A stretch of 64,000 nt of DNA from Dehalococcoidia bacterium. GTDB taxonomy: Bacteria > Chloroflexota > Dehalococcoidia > Bin125. Below are positions 1 through 8,458 of the stretch, in pieces. Location: assembly GCA_965243125.1 (NCBI GenBank), contig OZ251529.1, forward strand, positions 2,452,312-2,516,311, read 5' to 3'. Both the position numbers and the translations under genes were made by a program. Below the pieces are notes generated by a model. That model was not told the origin of the DNA. It saw nothing but the letters and a program-made list of their open reading frames with translations, and searched no databases. Within the stretch, counting starts at the first letter, position 1. Each line of letters opens with the position of its first letter.

Positions 1-1107
1 GTAGCGCCCGAAGTAGTCGGGGAACGAAATCCGGTTGAGCGGCAGCTGGGCGCCGAAGCTCAGGCCGTGCCAGACCGCGAAGACCAGCGCCATCCAGACC
101 GAGTCGGCCATCACAAACCAGACCAGCGAGGCGGCGGTGACGCAGATGATCGCGGGCAGCGCGAATCGCACCGAGAGCCGCTGGCGCAGCTCGCCGCCGA
201 GCACGCCGCCGATGATGCCCATCCCCGCCCAGAGCGAGAGCGCGAACACGGCGGTGCTGTCGTCGACGCCGCTGGAGGCGAGATGCGAGACGAAGGTGAA
301 GTTCACCGAGCCGCCCACGATCATCAGGATCGAGGTGCCGAGCAACAGCAGCCAGAAGGCGCGGGTGCGCAGCGCCTGGCGGACGGTCCAGACCGGGTCG
401 GCGTCGGACGGCTCGTCGGCGCTCACTGCGCTTGCTGTGCTTGCTGCGGCGCGGTCGACGCGCAGCCCCACATCCTCAGGGCGGCGGCGGATGATTAGCG
501 GCGGCAGCAGCGCGAGCACGGCGACCAGCACGGCGAGGCCGAGGAAGCCCGCGCGCAGCCCGCCGAAGCCGAGCGTCCAGGCCAGCATCAGCGGCATCAG
601 CGACATGCCGGCGCGGGTGCCGATCATCGTCAGCCCCATCGCCCGCCCGCGCGCCCGCACGAACCAGTTGGCGATGGCGACGACCACGGCGAGGTCGACG
701 ATGCCGACGCCGACGGCGCGCCCCAGTCCGTAGAGCAGCCAGAGTTGCCAGAGTTCGTTGATGAACGCGAGCGCGGCGAGCAGGGCGATCATCACCGCGA
801 CCGAGCCGAACAGCATCCAGCGCGCGCCGTAGCGGTCGGCCAGCGGGCCGACGACGGGCGCGATCAGCGCGGCGGCGACGGTGCCGATCGTCATCGCGGC
901 GGCGATCGAGGCGACGCTCCAGCCGAACTCGTCCTGCAGCGCCGGCACCAGCGCGCCCAGCACGGGATTGAAAAACGCCACCCCCGCAAACGACACCAGC
1001 GAGGCCGCCACCGCCATCCACCAGCCCGCATAGAGCCGCGAAAACGGCCGCGCCCGCAAAATCGCAGGCAGCGCAGACGGAGGACCTGGCGGCAAAGAAG
1101 GCGTCAT
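1..1107 (-). CDS. MFS transporter, partial (C-terminus runs off the window start)
   Basis: Reverse-strand translation from the ATG at 1107 is open to position 1 and gives multi-TM MFS-like sequence (MTPSLPP...GxxxDRxGxR-like motif, many hydrophobic helices). Absent from the ORF track because no stop lies inside the window. Confidence 0.55.
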   Translation of the reverse strand, partial: MTPSLPPGPPSALPAILRARPFSRLYAGWWMAVAASLVSFAGVAFFNPVLGALVPALQDEFGWSVASIAAAMTIGTVAAALIAPVVGPLADRYGARWMLFGSVAVMIALLAALAFINELWQLWLLYGLGRAVGVGIVDLAVVVAIANWFVRARGRAMGLTMIGTRAGMSLMPLMLAWTLGFGGLRAGFLGLAVLVAVLALLPPLIIRRRPEDVGLRVDRAAASTASAVSADEPSDADPVWTVRQALRTRAFWLLLLGTSILMIVGGSVNFTFVSHLASSGVDDSTAVFALSLWAGMGIIGGVLGGELRQRLSVRFALPAIICVTAASLVWFVMADSVWMALVFAVWHGLSFGAQLPLNRISFPDYFGRY

Positions 1108-1129
1108 CAGCCGCCCCTAACCTACCACT

Positions 1130-1700
1130 GCGTCCCGCTCCACCATCCCCGCCCACCCTCACCTCCGCCATTCCCGCGCCTCTTCCCCCGTCATACCCAC
1201 GCACCGCCTCCGTCATACCGGCCCTCTCCCCCGTCATACCCGCGCTTGCCGCGGGTATCTCGACGTGAACAGCACCAACACCGTTTCACCCACCCCCTCC
1301 GCCTCCGCCGTCCCCGCCTCTCTTTTCCCGTCATACCCGCGCTTGCCGCGGGTATCTCGACGTGAACAGCACCAAGCCCGCACTGCCTCGCCCCCTCCCG
1401 CGCCACCACCCGGCACCCTCTCCTGCGCCATTCCGCGCCCCCAAATTCCGCCATTCCGCGCCCAAAATTCCGTCATTCCCGCCCCCGAGCGGGAATCCAT
1501 GCGACGGTCGCCGGCAGCACAGCGTCCCGAGCCGCCCACCGCGTTGGGTTTGGGTTCCCCCCGTTCGAGCCAGGGCAGGCTCCGCGTGCGCGGTGCAGGT
1601 GCTGGTCACGGCGAGATACCCGCGGCAAGCGCGGGTATGACGGAAGTGAGGGCGCGGGTATGACGGAAATTCGGCGGTTGCCCTAGCATCACGTCACTAG
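1130..1700. repeat. Composite hairpin-rich intergenic repeat, copy 1 (family B)
   Basis: Contains the modules 'gtcatacccgcgcttgccgcgggtatctcgacgtgaacagcacca' (twice), 'ccgtcattcccgcccccgagcgggaatcc' and 'gcgggtatgacgg'. The same modules recur at 6470-6840 and 58080-58490. Confidence 0.6.
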
Positions 1701-1727
1701 CCGCGCGATGGACGCCATGGAGCAACC

Positions 1728-2738
1728 ATGCCACCTGACGAGCACGCCGCCATCCGCCTGGGCGTGACGCGCCTGATCGCCGCCGACTGGCGCGCGCGGC
1801 TGCTTGAGGCCGCGCCGCGCGCCGAGCTCGTCGTGCTCCAGCCCGACGGCTCATGGGAGGGCGACCCCTCGGCGCTCGACGCCTTTTTCCTCTCCGAAGA
1901 CCTTTACGTACAGCCGGAGGCGCTGCGCAGCCTGGCGGCGGTGCTGCGCGAGACGCCGCCGCGCTGGATGCAGACCGCCAGCACGGGCGTCGATCACGTG
2001 ATCTACACCTCAATCGTCGACGCCGGCTGCACGCTGACCAACCTGCCGGGCGTCCACGCCGGGCCGATCGCCGAATACGTCTTCGCGCACATCCTCAATT
2101 TCGCCAAGCGCATCGCCGAGCACGCCGCGCAGTCGCGCGAGCGAACCTGGCGCGGCATTTCGTCAATCGAGTTGGCCGGACAGACCATCGGCATCGTCGG
2201 CTACGGCGGGATCGGCGCGGCGATTGCGCAGCGGGCGCGGGCGTTCGAGATGCGCACGATCGCGACGAAGCGGCGCGCGCCCAACGATCCGAACCTCGAC
2301 CTGCATCTGACGCCGGAGCGCCTGCCCGAACTGCTCGCGGCGAGCGATTATGTCGTGCTCTGCGTCCCGCTGACCGACGAGACGGTGGACCTGATCGGCG
2401 CGGCGGAGTTGGCGCAAATGCAGCCCCACGCACTGTTGGTTAACGTCGCCCGCGGGCGGGTGTTGGATATTGACGCGCTGCGCGAGGCGCTGGAGGCGGA
2501 GCGCATCGCGGGCGCGGTGCTCGATGTCGCGCCCTACGAGCCGCCGGCGGCCGACGCGCCGATCTGGGAGCTGCCGCGCACGCTGGTCACGCCGCACGAC
2601 TCCTGCCACGTGCCTTCGGCGTTCAACCGCACCACCGAACTCTTCCTCAGCAACCTCGCTCGCTTCAGTCTCGGCAAACCGCTGCAATGGGTCGTCGACG
2701 ACACCGAACTCTCCGAAGCCACGCGCGGCCTGGTCTGA
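1728..2738 (+). CDS. D-isomer-specific 2-hydroxyacid dehydrogenase (NAD-binding)
   Basis: 336 aa. GxGxxG-type dinucleotide fold (IGIVGYGGIGAAIA) followed by the catalytic RG/D...H arrangement typical of the D-2-hydroxyacid dehydrogenase family. Confidence 0.75.
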   Translation: MPPDEHAAIRLGVTRLIAADWRARLLEAAPRAELVVLQPDGSWEGDPSALDAFFLSEDLYVQPEALRSLAAVLRETPPRWMQTASTGVDHVIYTSIVDAGCTLTNLPGVHAGPIAEYVFAHILNFAKRIAEHAAQSRERTWRGISSIELAGQTIGIVGYGGIGAAIAQRARAFEMRTIATKRRAPNDPNLDLHLTPERLPELLAASDYVVLCVPLTDETVDLIGAAELAQMQPHALLVNVARGRVLDIDALREALEAERIAGAVLDVAPYEPPAADAPIWELPRTLVTPHDSCHVPSAFNRTTELFLSNLARFSLGKPLQWVVDDTELSEATRGLV

Positions 2739-2757
2739 CCGCCGCCGGCCGCCAAAC

Positions 2758-2764
2758 AGAGGAG
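2758..2764 (+). promoter_or_regulatory. Shine-Dalgarno (agaggag) for the CoA-transferase gene
   Basis: Purine-rich GGAG core 6 nt upstream of the ATG at 2771. Confidence 0.5.
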
Positions 2765-2770
2765 CCCGCC

Positions 2771-4015
2771 ATGCCCCCGCCGCCCGGACCGCTCGACGGC
2801 ATCCGCGTGCTCGACCTGACCTGGGTGCTGGCCGGTCCCTACGCCGCGATGCTGCTCTGCGACCTCGGCGCGGAAGTGGTCAAGGTTGAGCGCCCGCCGT
2901 ACGGCGATGTGGCGCGCACGACGGGGCCGTTCGTCGCCAACGAGAGCATGTACTTCCAGAGCGTCAATCGGGGCAAGCGCAGCATCTCGATCGACCTGCG
3001 CTCCGAGCGCGGGCGCGAGCTCTTCCTGCGGCTGGTCGACCAGGCCGATGTGGTGATGGAGAACTTCACGCCCGGCAAGATGGCGGCGCTGGGGCTGGGC
3101 GCCGACGATCTGCTGGCGCGCAACCCGCGGCTGATCTACGCCTCTACCTCCGGTTTCGGCCAGACGGGGCCGCTGCGCGACCGTCCGGCGCTGGACATCA
3201 TCGTGCAGGGAATGGGCGGCGTGATGAGCATCACGGGCTACGCCGACGGTCCGCCGGCGCGGCCGGGCACCTCGATCGGCGACATCACGGCGGGGCTCTA
3301 CACGGCGGTAGGGATTCTGGCGGCGCTGCGCGAGCGGGAGGTCAGCGGGCGCGGGCAGTCGCTCGATATCTCGATGCTGGACTGTCAGATCGCGATCCTC
3401 GAAAACGCGGTGGCGCGCTGGTACGCGACCGGCAAGGAGCCGGGCCGGCTGGGCACGCGGCATCCCTCGGCTACGCCGTTTCAGGCATTCCCCACAGCCG
3501 ACGGCTGGATGGTGCTGGCGCTGGCCTGGGGCGTGGAATCGCAGTGGGAGCTGTTCTGCGCGGAGCTGGGGCTGACCGAGTTGGTCGGCGACGAGCGCTT
3601 CGACACATCGCTCAAGCGCACGGAGAACCACGCCGCGCTCGAACCCTTGCTGTTCGAAGCGACGCGCCGTCAGACGACCGAGCACTGGGTGGAGACGCTC
3701 AGCGTCTACGGCATCCCGATCGGCCCACTGAACACGATCGGACAAGCCGTCGCGCAGCCGCAGATCGCGCACCGCGAGATGATCATGGAAGTTGAGCACC
3801 CGGTCGCCGGGACGGTGAAGATGGCGGCCTCGCCGCTCAAGCTCTCGCGCACGCCCGGCCGCGTCTACGGTCCCGGCCCGGCCTTCGGCGCGGACACGGC
3901 GGCGGTGCTGGACGAGTGGCTCGATCTGGATCAGGCGGCGGTTGCGGAGCTGGCGGCGGACGGCGTGGTGCTGACCGAGGGCGGGCCGGACATCGCCGCC
4001 TATCTCAATGCCTGA
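2771..4015 (+). CDS. CoA-transferase family III (CaiB/BaiF-like)
   Basis: N-terminal 'LDGIRVLDLTWVLAGPYAAMLLCDLGAEVVKVE' and central 'GxxxxxSITGY' are hallmarks of family III CoA-transferases. The start is chosen at the Met preceded by the SD; the track ORF begins 84 nt earlier. Confidence 0.85.
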   Translation: MPPPPGPLDGIRVLDLTWVLAGPYAAMLLCDLGAEVVKVERPPYGDVARTTGPFVANESMYFQSVNRGKRSISIDLRSERGRELFLRLVDQADVVMENFTPGKMAALGLGADDLLARNPRLIYASTSGFGQTGPLRDRPALDIIVQGMGGVMSITGYADGPPARPGTSIGDITAGLYTAVGILAALREREVSGRGQSLDISMLDCQIAILENAVARWYATGKEPGRLGTRHPSATPFQAFPTADGWMVLALAWGVESQWELFCAELGLTELVGDERFDTSLKRTENHAALEPLLFEATRRQTTEHWVETLSVYGIPIGPLNTIGQAVAQPQIAHREMIMEVEHPVAGTVKMAASPLKLSRTPGRVYGPGPAFGADTAAVLDEWLDLDQAAVAELAADGVVLTEGGPDIAAYLNA

Positions 4016-4031
4016 GCGACGAGGCTGAGCG

Positions 4032-4397
4032 ATGGCCTCCCGAATCGGCGCGACGCTGCGCGACGGCTGGCAGCGGCTCAAGCGGCGCGTCCGTCCGGAG
4101 CCGATCCGGATCGAGCTGGATGTGGTAGAGCAGCTGATTGTGCAGCATCTGCTGCTGGTTGAGCAGGCGTCGTTCGAGGAGTTGGTCGAGGCGGTGCTCG
4201 CCGTGCGCTCCACGGCCAACGCGCAGCAGGTGCGGCTGAGCCTGATCCGCTTCGAGTCGCTGCGCCTGGCGACGCGGCTGCTGCACCCGGAGCTGGAGCG
4301 GGGCAAGCAGATGTCGTTCGTGCTGACCGAGGACGGCAAGCGTCTACGCCGGATAATTCCGGCCCAGCCGCGCTCCAGCCTGCAAACCTACCTCTGA
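4032..4397 (+). CDS. Hypothetical protein (possible winged-helix fold)
   Basis: 121-aa ORF in codon-biased sequence immediately after the CoA-transferase. No recognisable motif. Confidence 0.35.
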   Translation: MASRIGATLRDGWQRLKRRVRPEPIRIELDVVEQLIVQHLLLVEQASFEELVEAVLAVRSTANAQQVRLSLIRFESLRLATRLLHPELERGKQMSFVLTEDGKRLRRIIPAQPRSSLQTYL

Positions 4398-4420
4398 GCG
4401 CGCCGCCGGTAAACGCCCGA

Positions 4421-4837
4421 CTACACCCGCATCATCGGGCGATCGGGCGATTCCGGTCGCGGGTGAAGCGCTTGCTTGGCGCAGTCGGCGATCAGATCCA
4501 GACGCTCCATGACGAGTTGGCCGACAAGCGCCTGAGCGCCCCGAGGCAGGACTATGCATTCTGTGGACATCCAGCGGTCGCCGATTCGCACGATCAGTAG
4601 ACCGGCGATGGGCAGTTGGCCCCGTCGCCCGTCGGCGTACATGGTTGCGATGCTGCCGACCCGCCCAATGCCGAGCTGGTCAACTACATCTTCGGACAGC
4701 ACAAGCATGCTTGCGCCGGTGTCTACGACAGCGGGGATTACGACGCGACGGACATCAGCATCGCCAAGGTGCCCGGCTTGGGCCAAGCTGTAATCGCGAA
4801 CGTTCTCCAGCTCAATGTTGACGACGATCTCACCCAC
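4421..4837 (-). CDS. Retropepsin-like (clan AA) aspartic protease domain protein
   Basis: 138 aa with the 'VVDTGASMLVLSEDVV' D-T-G-A active-site signature. Paralogous to the downstream ORF. Confidence 0.6.
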   Translation of the reverse strand: MGEIVVNIELENVRDYSLAQAGHLGDADVRRVVIPAVVDTGASMLVLSEDVVDQLGIGRVGSIATMYADGRRGQLPIAGLLIVRIGDRWMSTECIVLPRGAQALVGQLVMERLDLIADCAKQALHPRPESPDRPMMRV

Positions 4838-4901
4838 GGATGCACCCCGATCCAGGCGGCGGCTGACCCCAGCATATCCCTTCGGTGAGAGTGCGGCGGC
4901 T

Positions 4902-5330
4902 CTACAGCCGCACCATCGGGCGATCAGGCGATTCGGGGCGCGGACTGAGCGTCTGATTGGCGTAATCGGGGATCAGATCCAGCTGCCGCGTCACGATGTA
5001 GCCGATGCGCGCCTCGGAGCCTTGGGACATCACGACGCAGTCGGCGACCGCTGAGCGGCCGCCAATCCGCACGGTCACCGGACCCGCGACGGGCAATTCT
5101 TCTCGCCGCCCGTCGGCGTACTCGGCGTCAATGCTGCCGGTCTGCCGCACGCCAAGCCGGTCAACCACATCTTCCGGCAGCACGAGCATCATGACGTCGG
5201 TGTCGGCGGCAGCGGGGATCGTGAGGCGGCGCACATCGTCATCACGACGATCGCCATCTTGGGCCCGCATGCGATCGCTTGCGTTCTCCAGCTCGATGTT
5301 AACGATGATCCGGCGCGTTGGCTCGCTCAT
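4902..5330 (-). CDS. Retropepsin-like paralog with a degenerate active site (DTG replaced by DTD)
   Basis: The C-terminal 142 aa of the 553-aa track ORF align with 4421-4837 (IELEN...IPAAADTDVMMLVLPEDVVDRLG...SPRPESPDRPM). The rest of the long ORF is antisense to the dehydrogenase gene and is rejected. Confidence 0.5.
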   Translation of the reverse strand: MSEPTRRIIVNIELENASDRMRAQDGDRRDDDVRRLTIPAAADTDVMMLVLPEDVVDRLGVRQTGSIDAEYADGRREELPVAGPVTVRIGGRSAVADCVVMSQGSEARIGYIVTRQLDLIPDYANQTLSPRPESPDRPMVRL

Positions 5331-5460
5331 CGGCTCGCTCCGCTCCACTCGGCACCTCAGCGCTTTGCCCAGCATATCGCCGTTCGGCGTGGGCGCAGCA
5401 GGCCGATCCGCCCGCGTAACGGCCGCTGCATCTATCTTCGCGCCAGCGTTCCCTACGGCA

Positions 5461-5466
5461 GGAGGA
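5461..5466 (+). promoter_or_regulatory. Shine-Dalgarno (ggagga)
   Basis: 5 nt upstream of the ATG at 5472. Confidence 0.5.
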
Positions 5467-5471
5467 GCCCG

Positions 5472-6470
5472 ATGGCGAAGTTCAAGGTCTATCACGTGGA
5501 TTCGCGCCCCGAGCGCCAGCCGCACACGGCGGAAGCCGAGCAGCTGGCCAGGGCCGACGCGGAGCTGATCCCGCTCACGCTCGAAGAGCAGCAGGACATC
5601 CCCGCGCACGTGGCCGACGCCGACGGGATCATCTGCGGCTACCGGCAGGTGGGCAAACCCGTCTTCGACGCCGCGCCCAACCTCAAGGTCGTCGTGCGCT
5701 ACGGGATCGGCTTCGACAACATCGACTGGCAGACGGCGGTCGACTACGACATCGTGGTCTGCAACATCACCGACTACTGCATCAACGAGGTGGCGACGCA
5801 CGCGATCTCGCTGCTGCTGGCGCTGAACCGCAAGCTGGTCGCGCACAACGACGCCGCGCGCGCCGGCGAGCGTGTGCCGCTCGGTCCCTCCGGCCCGCTC
5901 TACGGCGAGACGCTCGGCCTCGTCGCCTTCGGCCACATCGCGCAGCAGGCGGCGATCCGCGCGCAGGCGTTCGGCCTCAACGTGATCGCCTACGACCCCT
6001 ACCAGGACCCGGCCGCCACGGAGGCCGCCGGCGTGCGCCTCACGACGCTCGAAGAGGTGATGCAGGCCGACTACGTCTCGGTGCATCCGCCACTCAGCCC
6101 GGAGACGCGCGGCCTGGTCGGAGCCGAGCAGCTGGCGCTGATGAAGCCCACGGCCTACCTGATCACCACCTGCCGCGGCGGCGTAGTCGACGAGCAGGCG
6201 CTCTACGACGCGCTCAAGGCGGGGCAACTGGCGGGCGCGGGGGTGGATGTCTGGGACCCCGAGCCGGTCCACAAGGACCATCCGCTGCTGGAGTTCGACA
6301 ACGTGATCGCCACCCCACACTCGGCCTACTACTCCGACGCCTCCGCCCCGCTGCTGCTCCAGCGCGTCGGTGAGGCGGCGGCGGATGTCCTCCAGGGCTA
6401 CCTCCCTCGCTCCGTAGTCAACAAAGCCGTCCTCGATCGCGTCTCCCTCTCCCCCCACCCCGAGCGCTAG
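5472..6470 (+). CDS. D-isomer-specific 2-hydroxyacid dehydrogenase (PGDH/GyaR-like)
   Basis: MAKFKVYHVD... 332 aa; NAD-binding 'GLVAFGHIAQQAA' and catalytic 'TPHSAYYS' region. The track ORF starts 213 nt upstream in non-coding sequence. Confidence 0.8.
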   Translation: MAKFKVYHVDSRPERQPHTAEAEQLARADAELIPLTLEEQQDIPAHVADADGIICGYRQVGKPVFDAAPNLKVVVRYGIGFDNIDWQTAVDYDIVVCNITDYCINEVATHAISLLLALNRKLVAHNDAARAGERVPLGPSGPLYGETLGLVAFGHIAQQAAIRAQAFGLNVIAYDPYQDPAATEAAGVRLTTLEEVMQADYVSVHPPLSPETRGLVGAEQLALMKPTAYLITTCRGGVVDEQALYDALKAGQLAGAGVDVWDPEPVHKDHPLLEFDNVIATPHSAYYSDASAPLLLQRVGEAAADVLQGYLPRSVVNKAVLDRVSLSPHPER

Positions 6471-6840
6471 GCCCTGCCCGCTCCAGCCCGCCGCCGTCAC
6501 GCCCCCACTTCCGTCGTACCCGCGCTTGCCGCGGGTATCTCGACGTGAGCACCACCACCGCATCCCACCACTCTCCTGTGATTCCCGCCCTGGGCGTGCC
6601 CCTCAAACATCGTGCCCACCTCCACCCTGTCGCCGCCCTCCAAATTCCGTCGCCCCAGACTTGATCTGGGGGGCAAACCCAACCCCCTTCGCAGCACCGA
6701 AGCTCCGATCCGTCCCGCCAACGCCGTTCGCAGCACCGCCCGGTGCATTGTGACGCGAACTACCGCCGTATGGATTCCAGCTTTCGCTGGAATGGACGGA
6801 GGGTGGGGCGGAAATGACGGATCAGCGGCACTAAATTAGC
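6470..6840. repeat. Composite hairpin-rich intergenic repeat, copy 2 (family B)
   Basis: Contains 'ccgtcgtacccgcgcttgccgcgggtatctcgacgtgagcacc', 'gattcccgccctggg' and 'ggattccagctttcgctggaatgg' hairpins, all shared with copies 1 and 3. Confidence 0.6.
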
Positions 6841-7553
6841 TCAATATCGGCGTACCAGACGGTGACTGTGGGGCCTGTGCCGTCGTGATTGGCCGGGACC
6901 TCGCGGCCGACAATTTGGCCCGGACGGGCGTTGATCGGGCTGGGGAACATGGGGCCGTCAAGCACGCAGGTGTGGAATTCGCCGTTCTCGCCGAGCGGGT
7001 CGGTTCCTTGTGGCAGGTCGTTGAGGAAGGCGTGATCGAACCAGCGGCCGGCGAAGCTGCGGTCGAGCTTGCTGGTGGGGCTGACGGCGGTGACGACGGC
7101 CTTGAGGCCGGCGGCGAGCATCTGCTCGGCGAGCGCTGCGGTGTCGGCGCCCCAGAGGGGGAAGATCGGGCTGAAGCCGGTCTCGGCGAGGTTGCGCTCG
7201 CGGTATGCGCGGATGTCTTCGAGGAAGAGGTCACCGAAAGCGAATGCGGCGGCGGTGAGATGCGGCGGCAGATTGCGGACTCGCTCCACGAAGTCGGACA
7301 TGGCGGCTTCATAGGCCTCGTTGGGGCAGGGGTAAGGGATGGGGATTTCGTAGAGCGGGAGATTGAGGCGCCGGGCTTGCAGACGCAGCACGGCGCGGGG
7401 CGTGGCCTGGATGGCGACGCGGTCGAAATGCGGGGTGACGGTGGTGAAGATGCCGCGCACATCGTAGCGGTCGGGCTGTTGGCGCAGGGTGTGGAGCGCC
7501 CACGCGGAGTCTTTGCCGGAGGACCAGGAGACCAGGACGGGCTGCGGGGGCAT
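6831..7553 (-). CDS. Dph6/MJ0570-like ATP-binding (PP-loop ATP pyrophosphatase) domain protein
   Basis: Starts MPPQPVLVSWSSGKDSAWAL (SGGKDS PP-loop motif). The remaining ~240 aa resemble diphthine-ammonia ligase-type N-type ATP-PPases. The upstream part of the 490-aa track ORF is rejected. Confidence 0.65.
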   Translation of the reverse strand: MPPQPVLVSWSSGKDSAWALHTLRQQPDRYDVRGIFTTVTPHFDRVAIQATPRAVLRLQARRLNLPLYEIPIPYPCPNEAYEAAMSDFVERVRNLPPHLTAAAFAFGDLFLEDIRAYRERNLAETGFSPIFPLWGADTAALAEQMLAAGLKAVVTAVSPTSKLDRSFAGRWFDHAFLNDLPQGTDPLGENGEFHTCVLDGPMFPSPINARPGQIVGREVPANHDGTGPTVTVWYADIELI

Positions 7554-7560
7554 GGGCGGA

Positions 7561-7610
7561 TTGTCGCACAGGTTGTCGCACAGGTTGTCGCACGCACTGT
7601 CGCAAGCGCG
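7561..7610. repeat. Short tandem repeat (12 bp 'cacaggttgtcg', about 3.5 copies) in a divergent promoter region
   Basis: Read directly in the sequence 'gtcgcacaggttgtcgcacaggttgtcgcacgcactgtcgcaagc'. It lies between the divergent Dph6-like and aldolase genes. Confidence 0.7.
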
Positions 7611-7688
7611 GGACGTAGCGGCTGGTTCGGGTATCCTCTGCGGGACGCCGCGCGGATGGGCGGCGTCGTTGTGAGAGGCAAAGCGCGT

Positions 7689-8456
7689 ATGCGACCGAAT
7701 ACGGTGAAGCGGCTGTGGGCTGAGGGACAGCCCGCGTTCGGGGCGTGGCTGGGCACGGCCAGCCCGATTGCGGCGGAGTCGATGGCCCACTCCGGCTGGG
7801 ACTGGCTGGTGGTGGACGGCGAGCACTCGCCGGTGGACCTGCTCACAATGGTGCAGATGTTCCAGGCGATCTCGACGACCGACACGATTCCCATGGCGCG
7901 CGTCCACTGGAACGATCCGGTGGAGATCAAGCGGATTCTCGACGGCGGCGCCTACGGCGTGGTGATCCCCTGGGTCAACAACCGCGAAGAGGCCGAGCAG
8001 GCTGTCAGCGCCTGCCGCTATCCGCCGGTGGGGATGCGCGGCTTTGGGGCGTACCGCGGGGCGCTCTACGGCGGCTCGGATTACGCGGCGCACGCGAACG
8101 AGGAGATCGTTTGCTCGATCCAGATCGAGACGATCGGCGCGGTCGAGCGGATCGACGAGATCCTGTCGGTGCCCGGCGTCGACTCGACGATGATCGGGCC
8201 GGCAGATTTGGCGATGTCGATGGGCATCCCGGTCAAGCCCGACAATCCGCACCCGGATCACGTGGCGGCCTGCGCGGAGGTGCTGCGCTCGGCGCAGGCG
8301 CACGGCGTCGCGCCGGGCATCTTCACCAGCGGCCCCGAAGAGGCCAAGCGCCGCGCCGAGGAGGGCTGGCGCTTCATCGCCTCCGGCTCCGACGGACAGT
8401 TCATGGCGGCCGGCTCCGCCGCCGGCGTGCGGCTCGTGAAGAGCTGGGGCAGCTAG
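7689..8456 (+). CDS. HpcH/HpaI-family aldolase (2-keto-3-deoxy-sugar-acid aldolase-like)
   Basis: MRPNTVKRLWAEGQPAFGAWL...WLVVDGEHSP...GAYGVVIPWVNNREEAEQAV are typical of the HpcH/HpaI class II aldolase fold. Confidence 0.8.
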   Translation: MRPNTVKRLWAEGQPAFGAWLGTASPIAAESMAHSGWDWLVVDGEHSPVDLLTMVQMFQAISTTDTIPMARVHWNDPVEIKRILDGGAYGVVIPWVNNREEAEQAVSACRYPPVGMRGFGAYRGALYGGSDYAAHANEEIVCSIQIETIGAVERIDEILSVPGVDSTMIGPADLAMSMGIPVKPDNPHPDHVAACAEVLRSAQAHGVAPGIFTSGPEEAKRRAEEGWRFIASGSDGQFMAAGSAAGVRLVKSWGS

Positions 8457-8458
8457 CC

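Noticed and set aside
2534-4339. 601-aa minus-strand ORF overlapping the CoA-transferase gene
   Set aside because: Antisense artefact with Arg/Ala-rich low complexity and no motifs; the plus-strand gene is clearly the family III CoA-transferase.
5331-6563. Upstream 411 aa of the 553-aa minus-strand ORF
   Set aside because: Antisense to the well-supported 2-hydroxyacid dehydrogenase gene (5472-6470); only the last 142 aa (the retropepsin-like paralog) are credible.
7554-8303. N-terminal 250 aa of the 490-aa minus-strand ORF containing a 'CDNLCDNLCDN' peptide
   Set aside because: That peptide is the translation of the 12-bp tandem DNA repeat. The segment is antisense to the aldolase gene. The Dph6-like gene begins at the Met at 7553.
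7745-8458. 5' portion of the 606-aa ORF preceding the Ldh_2 gene
   Set aside because: This part is out of frame across the HpcH aldolase gene, which has clear motifs in its own frame. The Ldh_2 gene starts at the Met at 8459.
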